A stretch of DNA of 63,982 nucleotides, counting the filler, from Basidiobolus ranarum (Eukaryota), in NCBI GenBank assembly GCA_040143965.1. It is 3 parts of 3 records of this genome, joined end to end, with 100 filler letters (N's around TTAATTAATTAA, not from the genome) between each part and the next. Parts side by side here need not be neighbours in the genome. Positions count along the whole stretch, not along the records: positions 23,514 to 46,891 come from JASJQH010000167.1; positions 46,992 to 63,982 come from JASJQH010000319.1; 1 more part is not named here. One strand, 5' to 3'. The position numbers and the translations under genes were made by a program. The notes beneath the pieces were generated by a model. It had not been told where the DNA came from. It searched no databases and worked only from the letters and a program-made list of their open reading frames with translations. Position 1 is the stretch's first letter, and each line of letters begins with the position of its first letter. Of this stretch, positions 35,796 through 47,096 are shown one piece after another.

Positions 35796-37642
35796 ATTGT
35801 TTCTAATTGTTCTGTGTACCAACTTTTGCAGTCGCGTTTTTCTTTGAAATTTATATCTTACTCAAAATCGCTTTTCCCATTATCAAACAGATATGTCCAT
35901 AATACTTCTCAAATCTTGCATTCAAAAAGTCACCTGCCCTTACATTGCTATGTAGTACTACATCCCTCCCCATCGTGTCTTTGAGCAGCCATCATCCATC
36001 TTGAACTCCTAATATGGATCTACGTTGTTATAATTCTCTGCTTCAAATAAATACTAGGAGAGCATAAGAAGGACTTGTATATTTTAGTGCAAACTCCTTG
36101 TATTCTTACACTAGAATAGATAAGTTTGCTTACAATGCATCGGTTAATACTCAACTAGATTAAAGCAATCTTCGAGACTATTTATTATAGAGAATGATAT
36201 AAAAATTGACTGATAATGGATTGGTGGACATTGTTTGGCTGCAGAGATTACTTGGAATCTGATTACCTATGGAAGCGGTTCTTCATTTTGGCGGAGCGCT
36301 GTAGGATTAAAGGAGAAAGCTCATGTGGTCCCATCCAATGCAATAGATATAAAATTTTCTCACACATCGAACTTGATTTAACTATTCATTAAGGCCTAGA
36401 ATCTTGCTTACAACTTGGTTCATGTATATTAAGGCTGCTACAAGTACTTGTCACAAATCTGACACAATTCCATAAGGAACAGTCACACTCCTGTCTCTGT
36501 GTGACTGCCTTGCCAATGGTTCTGTCATTTGTTTAGTGATTTTCATATAGTGTCGGTGTCGGAGCATTCGTGTCTTTATAAGGCTCTAACTAGCGGTAAA
36601 CATGCGCAGCATCACAATCAAACAGATCTCGAGTGAAAATATCGATTTTCACCGTACAACCATAAACCCCACGAATTACTTACAAGCTTTGGCGAGCTGA
36701 CTTGATGAAGTAACATCAAATACGCCCAAGTAAAAAACTACGTCTACCTATGCCCTGCTGTGAAAAGCCACTCAATCTTGAATTCTTATTTGCTCCACAC
36801 TAACTGAGATGGAAGCACTGGATACTCACTGCTTAAATCCGCGCGGTAACTGGAAGCATGAGACCGGTATCAGTTACTAATGATGGTCTTGTTGCACACC
36901 GCTGTAATGGAGGATGATGGGACATTTGATCCTGGCCTCTAAACCAACATCATACCTCTCGGATATATACCGTTAAATAGAAACGTGCAATCAAGTACAT
37001 GCGAAGAATAACTTCGAGAAAACAGCTTGAGAGAGTGGAAGAATTCATCCCACAATTGTAATTATTAAACACCAATTAACTGTCCGTGAGTAGTTTACCT
37101 GGACATCCACCAATAAAGTAAATCCCAACATGTCTCCCAGGTACATGATACAGTTTCTCAATCGCTTAGCATGGTATAATTTGTGCATATGGTCATTTGT
37201 AGAAATTGCCTTAGAGTGGCCATTGGCATCTCCCTGACTTCAACCCCTAAATCTTACAGAATCGTTAGGCAGTTATAGCCATTATGTTAATAATCCCCCT
37301 GCTTTGCTAACTTTGAGCTTGATAAAGTTCCGATCACGCCTATAGGCTGCTTGGTTTTTGGTCTTATCTTTTACATTTATGCTGGCTTGATGCTCTTCAT
37401 TACCACTCTTTAACACTGAATATCCATTTTTTATATCTTCTTCATTTATCCTTTCCTTGTATTTCTTTATCTTTCGACTCATTGCTCGTAAGACGACCGT
37501 ACTCTCCTCTGGGACCACCATTGTTGGGACAAGCAAAGAGAGGAATATCCTATATTCTCATCATCATCACGTTGTTACCCTAGATTTTCAATTCCAGGTT
37601 TTGGATTGAGGTTTTATTCTACGCTTTACCTCCCTTTATATT

Positions 37643-40336
37643 ATGTTTTTGGTTGCTAGAAGTAGCAAAGTAAATCCCGTAAGTGATAGATTACAACCAA
37701 GAGAGAAATATTTTTCGATGTCCTCTAGTAAATCCGTTCTACCTCAAGAATTTCCCCAAAGAACCTCTTCTCTCGGCACTTTCCAATTGTTTAAAGACAA
37801 ACCTGAAAGTATGCACCCAACTACTCTTCCGTCTAGCTTCACTAATGATTCCCATACCACAGGCTACAATTCATTGCATTCAAAATCTGCCGAGTCTTTA
37901 AGTTATGACAATAGCTTCGTTCAAAAGGAGGCACAGAACTCGCTAACAAAAATCACCACTTTCTCCGGATACATCACTGCCACATCTAAACTTTCCTTAC
38001 CTCATAAGAATAATCCGCTACCTTTACTGAAAAAGAGCGCGACTACCGATGCCACTTCATTTCAGAGATCCCTTGGATCGCCAAGATTTAGTAAATTTCC
38101 GGTGAAAGCGAAATCTTCTAGTCCACTACAATCCCCTTCAAGCTCTAAATTCAACTCCAATAGTATCGGCTTTAATACGAGTACTCGTCACGAAACAGAA
38201 TATTCAGGTCTCGAAGATAGCGTGTCTTCCACTTCTTCTGGAAGTTTCGAAAGTACCACGAACGATCCTTATTCCTTTCGTCGACGTTGTGACAGTAGTT
38301 CTAGTTCAATAAATTTCGATCAAAATGCACTGGGAAGTACCCCACCACGCATGGTTAGAATATGGAGACCAGAATTCACTCCGCCAGCATCTCCAGCAAC
38401 ACCATCTTCTGTGTTACCTTTCTTTAGAGGGAAAGAATCTGTCAGGACAATTGGATCAATTAGAGTTAAAGATAAGGTGATTGGAGACTTACTGGTGGCC
38501 TTAGTTTCTCCACTTCTTCTAAGCAAACTAAAAGTAGAAATCGTAGATACCGATCTTGACAACGAAGAGTTGGATACTGAACTGAGCCCTGTTGAAGAAT
38601 TCCTAGATGACGATTGTTCAGAATCTATTATCAAAGAAGACTCTAAACTAACTGAATTAGACACTTCTACAGAAGAAACCCCATCCAAAATTCCTTCACC
38701 AGAATCTCCCACCTCGAGCCCTCAGTCACCTTTGCACATGGAATGGCCTTCCGATTTAGAGGATTCGTCATCTGAAGTGATTTTAGAAGCCCGAACTGGG
38801 AAAGCGATGGTACGAGCATCCTCTCTACGTTATTTGGTGCGAATGCTAGCCTGTGAAGGACAAAATGATCCCAATTTCATGGTAGACTTTTTGCGTACTT
38901 ATCGTTACTTTGCTGATCCTTTGGACGTTGCCCGACTTCTCATCATCCGATATTTGAATAGTACAATTAGCATCGAGAATAGGGCCAAGAACAAAATGAA
39001 CAATAAGATTGGGTTCAAAAAATCAGCGAAACAAGACGAATGGGACAATATAATCCAACTTCGTGTACTCAACACTTTTAAAAAATGGGTCGATCTCTTT
39101 TGTGAGGATTTCTCACTCAGTCGAGAAATCACTGAACTGGTACTTCTCTTCCTTGAAGAAATTGTCATCTGTGATGAGAAGCGTACGAAATTCGCCGATT
39201 CCGTGTATGAGAAAATGGGAGAGCGTGATATTATCCCAATAGGATGGCTACTACTTCCTAACAGTGGAGTCAAGGATTGCTCCCAGAGCCTGTATCATCG
39301 TTTTGTTCAAACGGAGGATGGTTCGGACTCGATCAGTAAGATCTCTTGGGGAATGAGTACGGTAACATTGACCCCGCTCATTGCCTCATCCCCTTTCCCT
39401 ACGCCATATAAAATAGACCTCAGTAAGGCTAGGGGACCGATAGAAAGGCTATCAATAGCTGATATTGATCCCAAGGACTTGGCTCAACAATTAACTTTAT
39501 TAGAACAGCGGTTATTTTTCGCGATACATTTGAATGAATTCTTCAATCATTCGTGGTGTGATAGAGCGATAAAAGATAGAATGACTCCAAACCTTTCGGG
39601 ATTTATTCGATGGTTCAACAAAATAGCTTACGGGATCTCTGGATTGATAGTCACCACAAACTCATCTTCAGCGCGAGTGACTATTGTTAAGCGCTTGATT
39701 CAGGCAGCACAGATTTGTCTCAAAATTCATAATTACAATGGGTGCTTTGAAATTGTTGCGGGTCTTGAGCAGTCATCCGTTCAAAGACTAAAGGGACTAT
39801 GGAAGGCACTACCGAACAAGTATCTTCAGATCTACGCTCATCTTACCAAAGTGATTTCGAGGAGTGACAACCATCGCACTTATCGGACATGCCTTCAAGT
39901 TGCTGGTGTAAGCGTACCAGTGCTACCTTACCTTGGATTTCACTTAACAGATTTGGTTTTTGCTGAGGATGGAAATCCCACTTATATATCAGCAGTACCT
40001 ACAGGAAGCCCTTCTTCCTCTACCACCAATCAGACTGCCTCTCAACCAGCGAAATATGGCGATGCTGAAAACTATTCGAAAAAGAAGCCAATGTTGAAAT
40101 GCCTTTCTTTCAACAGTCCTCAGGTTGTTAAGGCTCAGAGTAAGCCAATATCTCTGATCAACTTTGCCAAATTTCGTTTGATAAGCAAGATGCTAGGGGA
40201 GATAGTCCAATACCAAAAACTCCCATATGAGTTCACTGAGATCCCTCGAATTCACGAATTCATCAAAAATGGAATGACCACGTATTCCGAGGATGAGCTG
40301 TACCTGTACTCTCTACAGTGCGAGCCAAAGTCATAA
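37643..40336 (+). CDS. Ras guanine nucleotide exchange factor (REM + CDC25 domains)
   Basis: REM-like FMVDFLRTYRYF...LRVLNTFKKWV and CDC25-like LAQQLTLLE, NYNGCFEIVAGL, PVLPYLGFHLTDLVFAEDGNP, LINFAKFR and SLQCEP, after a long Ser/Pro-rich N-terminus. Confidence 0.93.
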   Translation: MFLVARSSKVNPVSDRLQPREKYFSMSSSKSVLPQEFPQRTSSLGTFQLFKDKPESMHPTTLPSSFTNDSHTTGYNSLHSKSAESLSYDNSFVQKEAQNSLTKITTFSGYITATSKLSLPHKNNPLPLLKKSATTDATSFQRSLGSPRFSKFPVKAKSSSPLQSPSSSKFNSNSIGFNTSTRHETEYSGLEDSVSSTSSGSFESTTNDPYSFRRRCDSSSSSINFDQNALGSTPPRMVRIWRPEFTPPASPATPSSVLPFFRGKESVRTIGSIRVKDKVIGDLLVALVSPLLLSKLKVEIVDTDLDNEELDTELSPVEEFLDDDCSESIIKEDSKLTELDTSTEETPSKIPSPESPTSSPQSPLHMEWPSDLEDSSSEVILEARTGKAMVRASSLRYLVRMLACEGQNDPNFMVDFLRTYRYFADPLDVARLLIIRYLNSTISIENRAKNKMNNKIGFKKSAKQDEWDNIIQLRVLNTFKKWVDLFCEDFSLSREITELVLLFLEEIVICDEKRTKFADSVYEKMGERDIIPIGWLLLPNSGVKDCSQSLYHRFVQTEDGSDSISKISWGMSTVTLTPLIASSPFPTPYKIDLSKARGPIERLSIADIDPKDLAQQLTLLEQRLFFAIHLNEFFNHSWCDRAIKDRMTPNLSGFIRWFNKIAYGISGLIVTTNSSSARVTIVKRLIQAAQICLKIHNYNGCFEIVAGLEQSSVQRLKGLWKALPNKYLQIYAHLTKVISRSDNHRTYRTCLQVAGVSVPVLPYLGFHLTDLVFAEDGNPTYISAVPTGSPSSSTTNQTASQPAKYGDAENYSKKKPMLKCLSFNSPQVVKAQSKPISLINFAKFRLISKMLGEIVQYQKLPYEFTEIPRIHEFIKNGMTTYSEDELYLYSLQCEPKS

Positions 40337-42766
40337 AGATTTTCTGTTTCGACATAAACGGCCCGTCTCCATATTTACGAATACTAGGCATTAGACGTGT
40401 TTGATCTGCCTACTGTAAGTACGTCTTTTGAAGCCTTGAATTTGGGATTACCATATGATATTGGGCACGTGATCACAGACTTTCGCGAAGTGGCAACCTC
40501 ACAATTCTCGCCTTAACCAGACAGCAATACCTTTCAATTCTTGCTCATGAATTGACGCTTCTCTTGTAATTACTTTCCATGTCATACTCTTACCAAGTCA
40601 TAGATTTTGAAATTTCTATCGCTTCCTTTCGTCTCATACGGTCTACCTGCAGCTGCTGTGTTTCTTGTTTGCACACACCACAACAGCTCTAGAGGATTCA
40701 CCCATTTTGTAACTTTTATTGCCAATCTCCATATTCATTTTATTCTCCTCTTCTACTCTAAATAGTCCTACACTCATATAGTCTTTTAGTGTGGAAGTGC
40801 AAGTAGCTACTCTCTTCCGGATACTCCGTGTGCTGCGTATCTCAACCACAATTGTCTCTTTTTGTTCTGAACCTAAATAGTAGCCATTTCTGTGCACTAG
40901 CTGAAGTTTATTTGATAAGCATATATAACCTAAGACTTTGACTCATAGATCCAGTAACCTGAACTCATACCCGCTCATTATTATATTTAAAAATAAACTG
41001 ATACCATCCACTTACCACCACAGCAACAATCCGACTCTGATCAATATATGAATGAAGCTATATTTTTGAAGTGAGTAAAGTAGTTAGACTAAGATTACGA
41101 CGACTATATAAAGCCTCATAGAGTAACCTAACTAAGGACCGAAGATAATTGCGAGTAAAAATCGGTATATTTGGAATGTCACTTGGGAAAACTTGCTTTA
41201 CCAAGCGCTTTTCAACCAACAATCTCGTTTGGAATGTATCATTGTGGAAGTGTGTGGTCATTAACGATGCATCTATGTCGTTTATAGTAAATAATCCCAA
41301 AGTGATGTAACCCATACAAACTTGTAATGATATTTTAAACAGAGTTGATTATATTTACTTGCCCGTCTGTTTAAGTGTTCGATTTCGCCGTGATTTATGG
41401 AAAGGAACTTTCAACGTGCATGCAGTATTCATCATTCATTAAAAGTGCATTTGCATATGTTATTTTGCACATAAATCTATTCAGATTAGTTATTAAATAA
41501 CCAAGTTGACTCATCTTGAACCCATAGTATTAAAATCCTGCCAAGCTCAATCGGCTGCTGTAGCATAGCACTTCCTATTCTCTGGAAGTAACCATTATTT
41601 GGGGGAATGAACAAAAGGATGGTTCCACACCTACTGCAACGCAGCAACCAGTAACTAGCTGTTTGGAGTCATGAATGTTCCATCCATATGAGGACAACTA
41701 CATCCATTTTTGCTGATAACTCGTAGCTAATCTTCACGAATCAACACAGGTATCGTGCGGCAGTCTCTGTTGGAAGTTGTAACGTTAACTCTAAGTTTCA
41801 CCTATCAATACCAGGGGCGTAACGATAATTCCGATTTGGTAATCCCCCTACCAATTTTCAATCCAGATCTACGTACTGACGTAAATGTCAACAGCAAAGA
41901 AGAGGAATTCTTTCTTATTTTAGAAATAACAAGAACGAGCATTTACTAGAACTCTTGCATACAAAAATTGAGGATACAAGCACCGCATAAGATCTTGGTT
42001 TAAATGTAGACTACCTTTGGTTAACTTGTATAAGTCCTAGTTGGAATTCTATGTTAACTTAGATTCCATTTTAACCCTTTTGAGGTAAAAATCTCTTATC
42101 CAACTTCGCCCCAGGTTCGCGCTAAATCTCAAGCGTATCAAGAGTGTCTTCTAGATGGTTTCTTTTAAAGGAAGGTCACTGCATTTTGAACAACCAGACT
42201 AGACTATAGAGCGCCGTAGCTTTCTTCTCACAAGAGGTACAATGCTTCTTCAACTGGATAACGCAATTCATTTCTGATTTGGAAGGTGATACCAGGTACA
42301 CTCGCGATAGCTCCAACGTACAGATTGCGAGGACTCGATTCTGCTCCCTATCCTTTTTAGACTCATGAATTGGTGGATTCTTCTCATCTGGTTTATGGCT
42401 TCACACAAGCAAGTACGCAGCCTTACTACCTGATCTGTGATATTATCTAGATTTTCTTTAGTGGCAATGGAATCAGAGCATTCATGATGGAGTATTGGGT
42501 TGGACACCCGAGTTTTCCGAAGTGGTAGAAATGGGTCGACTGTGTGACTTCGGAATCAAGATCCATTGGTGGGATACAAAGAAGATTCCTTAAAAGGCTT
42601 TCGAGATGAATTTCTTAAAGTCCCAAAATGGCCTTCACCAAGATATCTTGAGCGAAAGGCACCCAACTACAGAGATTCGTGAATGTATAAATATGAGCTC
42701 GGATGATCATTGCTACTCATCTTCCACTGTCCAACTCTGAGAGTTATAGATTTTATTACTTTTATC

Positions 42767-43159
42767 ATGATGTATACTCCCAAATTCGCTGTTCTTGTTG
42801 CCGCACTTATGACATTCCAAGCTGGTCTTTTGAATGCCGCTCCTGTCAAAGTAAGTGATTTCCAAGGCGAAGGAACATTCTACGCTCCTGGACTTGGTGC
42901 ATGTGAAGTTACCAACGGACCAAGCGATATGATTGCTGCTCTAAATGCTCCTCAATACGGAAACGCACCCAGGGGGTCCACTTCTTGCTTCAAGTGTGCC
43001 ACTGTATCTGGCCCCAAAGGAAGCGTCAAAGTCAAGATTGTCGACAAATGCCCAGGTTGCAAACACGGCGATCTTGATCTTAGCCCAGCTGCTTTCAACA
43101 AAGTAGCTGATGAGGCTGCTGGCAGAGTGTCTATTTCCTGGTCTTTCACTAGTTGTTAG
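42767..43159 (+). CDS. Secreted expansin-like / loosenin DPBB (RlpA-like) protein
   Basis: Signal peptide, GEGTFYAPGLGAC, IAALN, VKIVDKCPGC..GDLDLSPAAF and ISWSF. Confidence 0.92.
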   Translation: MMYTPKFAVLVAALMTFQAGLLNAAPVKVSDFQGEGTFYAPGLGACEVTNGPSDMIAALNAPQYGNAPRGSTSCFKCATVSGPKGSVKVKIVDKCPGCKHGDLDLSPAAFNKVADEAAGRVSISWSFTSC

Positions 43160-45100
43160 ATGGTTCGAATTGAGTTCGAATTCAAGTAGAGACTGGTTTC
43201 TCTTAGATGTAACGTGCGAAACCACGAAATCAAGTTCTGTGAACATGAGAATAAACTTTGTACCCCTTTTTTCAAACATTTAAGCCTGACCAATATTCCT
43301 ATTTTAAACAGATGAATCGTAGTATGGGTCATCTGTGTGCTACTATGAAAACTTGAAAAGATTCAGAAATCCTGTGATCCAGTAAAATTTATCCAAGAAA
43401 TCTTATTCCTAAGATATCATCTGATAGTGCCGTCAATTCGATATTTTGATAAACACCGTTTTGTGTAATTCTCCTTGGTTTTTGTGACTAAGGCCTCTGC
43501 GAAATTTGCTATAAGCGCCGATTTCCTCTCGTGTCAATTCTAGTGGGAATATTCGTTAAGGGAAAGGACAGGTGTCCAATCAGATTCCGAAATGAGCCCT
43601 ACTCTTCGTTTGAGAGCTATATGAGATTGCCCGTAATTCATCTCGTTTTGGATGAAATCAATTCTCATCTACCATTCCAGGGGACTTCTATATTTGGAGA
43701 TGCACTAAGCTAAACTTGAACTAGACCTACGAATCCCCTCTTTTGTAAGCTAAGCAGCTTAAAGGTTCTCAATAGATATACGAATAGTTGTAGCGAATAT
43801 TCGGCGCTTATTACCTGAGTTCATATTAAATCAATACCACATACAGTCACATAGCATGCATGATCTCATGTTTCTGTTATGTACATATTTTCGCAACTTG
43901 CATTTCTCTTCGGGGCGAATGAAGCCATGTTCTTCATATCCGACCGTTGCTTTGGATTTGTGTCTTCTACTTATGAATGCTTACAGTGATGACATTAGGA
44001 ATATGGGAAACGGATTTAGCGTGCAAACTGCTTTCTGTATATCATATTCTCTATTTTCCCTACTGTTATAGAATCAATCAAGATATGCAATAGTACCTGG
44101 AATATATTCCTGAGTGGTTTAGAGCATTCCTCAAAAGTACCTGCTGATAACACTTAAACATCGTGTTGAGCTTCAACCTTTGCTTCAACTGATTCCAAAC
44201 CTACTCATATGTCACAGATACAAAAGAGCAATAATGTGCTTAGCACATTGCTGCAAAGAGACCTCAAAGTTTCTCCCTGATATTTGAAGTCAACAATATT
44301 GAAACTATTGGCTATAGGATGTATAGAATGGATTCGGAGCAAAATGTTTACAAATAAAACTTGTACCCCAACTTTTCAAACCTTTAGAGTCATAGGCATG
44401 ATTCAAGGTTCCATTTCCTATACGAGTTCCAATTCTTATATTCAAATCAAACAGAGTAACACTTGCAAATAACTGTACCAGTTAACTTATCACTCCCAAT
44501 AGGTTTCAAATTCCTACAAGAAGAAATCCATATATTTTTTTCAAAGGATCACTTATTAGGTTGTGAGGTCATGCTACGCCAACATAACTATTATTCATCT
44601 GCAGAATAAGGGATTTTATAGATCATTGCATATGCTTTTCATGTGTCAGAGTTATTGATGAATGAAAATGTGAACTTTTCCAAACCTTCTTACTGTAGCC
44701 TGTACTTGAGGTAGATTGTAAGTGTTTAGCACAATGAATAGTATGTTATTAGATTATGCAGTTTCATTGAATTGAAAGTTGTATTTATATTAATGCCATA
44801 AAGTGAGAACAACAACAGCTTAGTTATCCCTCCAGGCAACTAACAAAGTTGGAGGAAACATTTGGAGTTTTAGATAAGTTTCAAAGCTTATCATTTTTCA
44901 TACTCTCTTTCCCATAAGATATCTGAGCTACTTTAGTCTTGGTAGCCAGAAAGCTCAAGATTGGACTATAGTTATGAGCTTTATAGGAGTTAGCAAATTT
45001 ATAAAATTTATCTCCAAATAACTTACTATATTCTCCCATGATCTGAATATCATTTCATTATTGATTTTGTCAATTCTCTGAGAGTCCAATTACTTTATTT

Positions 45101-46870
45101 TGTTGAAATTAGCATTTCCTAAACACCTATATAGTTATATATAGCTTAGTACCTCATTATCTTATATTGAACTAAGATATTACCCATTATTCTCAATCAG
45201 AATTCCTTGGTATATTTTTACCAACTTAGAAGTTCTCAGATGTATAGATTGTTTCAAACTTATGCTAGAAGCCCCAAACTTTGCACACATGTTCCTGGGA
45301 CCTTTCTTGCCATACCTTACATGTTAGTTTGTCTATATCCTGACAAAAGTATTAATGTCAACCTTCTACTCAATAAATCAATAAGCAAAAACCATCAATT
45401 TCTCTATTTCACCAAACCACTTCCAACAGGCTTCCAGATTCTTAACAAGTTATGAGCCCTAAGCTTGCATTCTCTGTAATGTTTACTTCTCAAATATCTG
45501 GAATTTTGCACACTTCTGAAAATTGGATGGAACCAATTATCTATTGAATTTAGCATTGCCTAAGCACCTATATAGTCATATATAGCTTAGTACTTGGTTA
45601 TCTTATATTTCACTAAGATATTATCCATTATTCTCAAATGGAATTTACTTGGAATATTTTTACCAACTTAAGTTCTCAGATATATATATTTTCAAACTTG
45701 TGCTAGAAGCCCCAAGCTTTGCTCACATGTTCCTGGGAGCTTTTTTAACACATTTTACATGTTAGTTTGCTTATATCTGGACAAAACTATAAATGTCAAC
45801 TTTCAACTCAATAAATCAATATATGAAAACCATCAATTTCTTTAATTCTCCAAACCATTTCCAACTGTCTACCAAAGAGTTTAACATTAACAAGTTTGGA
45901 ATATTGAAATGCTAATGCTGCTGCAAGAAAAAGGACTTTGGGACATTGTTGTAGGAGAAGGAAACAATGCAAAAGTATCTGAAACCCAAGCTTTACTCCA
46001 GGTTAAAAAAGAATGAAGTGCCTCTAACACAATTTGTCTTAATATGAAAGATAAATTGCTAATTCAATGTTCAAGAGCTAAAACTGCCAAGAAGGTATGG
46101 AAAGCCTTGGAAGACACCTACTAAACATGTTCTGCTGCCAAAAAGCTGCTTCTAAGAAGACAATTGTTTAACTTAAAGATGAAGCTATGAGAAGACATGA
46201 AATAACTAATTAATAGAGTCACTATTTTTTGAATGAAATAGAATGTATTGGAGTACCTACTACTGATCTGGATATCATAGTTACAGTCCTGTATAGCCAG
46301 CCACACTAGTTTCAGAGCCTAGTAATGGCTCAAGAATTAAGAACTGTAAATTCAACCTCCAATTATATGTTTGGCAGACTTCTGGATGAAGATGTGAGCA
46401 AATTAGGAACCAAACAAAAGAATGAAGAAAATGCTTTTATAGGCTATGGGAAACCTTACTATAAAGATCAAAAGCACTTTAAGAGGAAAAATGACACATT
46501 TTGTGATTACTGTAAATGAACTCACCATATAAGGAAGGATTGCTTTAAACCAATTGCAACAGAAGAAAAATGCATTGAATCCAGAAATATGGCTACAACA
46601 GAAGATCACTTGTTCATATCTGCTCTATCTGTGACTACCAACAAAGACTTGCAGATGTGGTATATTGATTATGGAGCCTCCCAACATTTCACAAATGAAA
46701 GACATTGGTTTTTGGATTAAGTAGAAATCCCATTTAGAAAGGTTTTCATGGGAGATGACCACACATTGGATGCTATTGGAATGGGAACAATTCAAGTCAA
46801 ATTAGCTGGTGCTTCTGAAGAGAGAGTCTATACTTCAAAGGATGTACTATATTTCCAGATGTTGACTAGA
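45101..46870 (+). mobile_element. Degenerate Ty1/copia LTR retrotransposon: 5' LTR, PBS, gag and protease; remainder lost in the gap
   Basis: LTR TGTTG(45101)...TAACA(45447) followed by PBS-like AGTTATGAGCCC. Broken gag KLDGTNY|QVWNIEMLMLLQEKGLWDIV...KTAKKVWKALEDTY...LLLRRQLFNLKM, zinc knuckle CDYCK*THHIRKDC, protease WYIDYGASQHFT...VFMGDDHTLDAIGMGTI...KDVLY, with many stops and frameshifts. Confidence 0.92.
45542..45886 (+). mobile_element. Nested solo LTR of the same copia family with 5-bp TSD
   Basis: Direct repeat of 45101-45447 (TATTG...TAACA), flanked by TTATC (45537-45541) and TTAAC (45887-45891). Confidence 0.85.
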
Positions 46871-46891
46871 ATTTAATATCTATATATATAA

Positions 46892-46991
46892 NNNNNNNNN
46901 NNNNNNNNNNNNNNNNNNNNNNNNNNNNNNNNNNNTTAATTAATTAANNNNNNNNNNNNNNNNNNNNNNNNNNNNNNNNNNNNNNNNNNNN
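46892..46991. other. Assembly gap with TTAATTAATTAA filler
   Basis: N run with a central ttaattaattaa. Confidence 0.97.
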
Positions 46992-47096
46992 ATAATAGGG
47001 GTAGGTTTATTATTCAAAATAGCAGCTGCTCCATTCCATAATTGGGCTCCTGATGTATATGATGGAGTACCAACATTAGTAACTTCATGGTTAGCA
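46992..47096 (+). pseudogene. nad2: Mitochondrial nad2 fragment (NUMT or contig-end chimera)
   Basis: Translates to [35 protein letters not shown], the conserved ND2/NuoN FK..AAPFHxWxPDVYxGxPT motif, with organelle-like A/T-ending codons. Confidence 0.88.

Noticed and set aside
43160..43185. GGTTCGAAT, resembling a tRNA T-loop / B-box
   Set aside because: No cloverleaf; it is a short ttcgaatt duplication in a 3' UTR.
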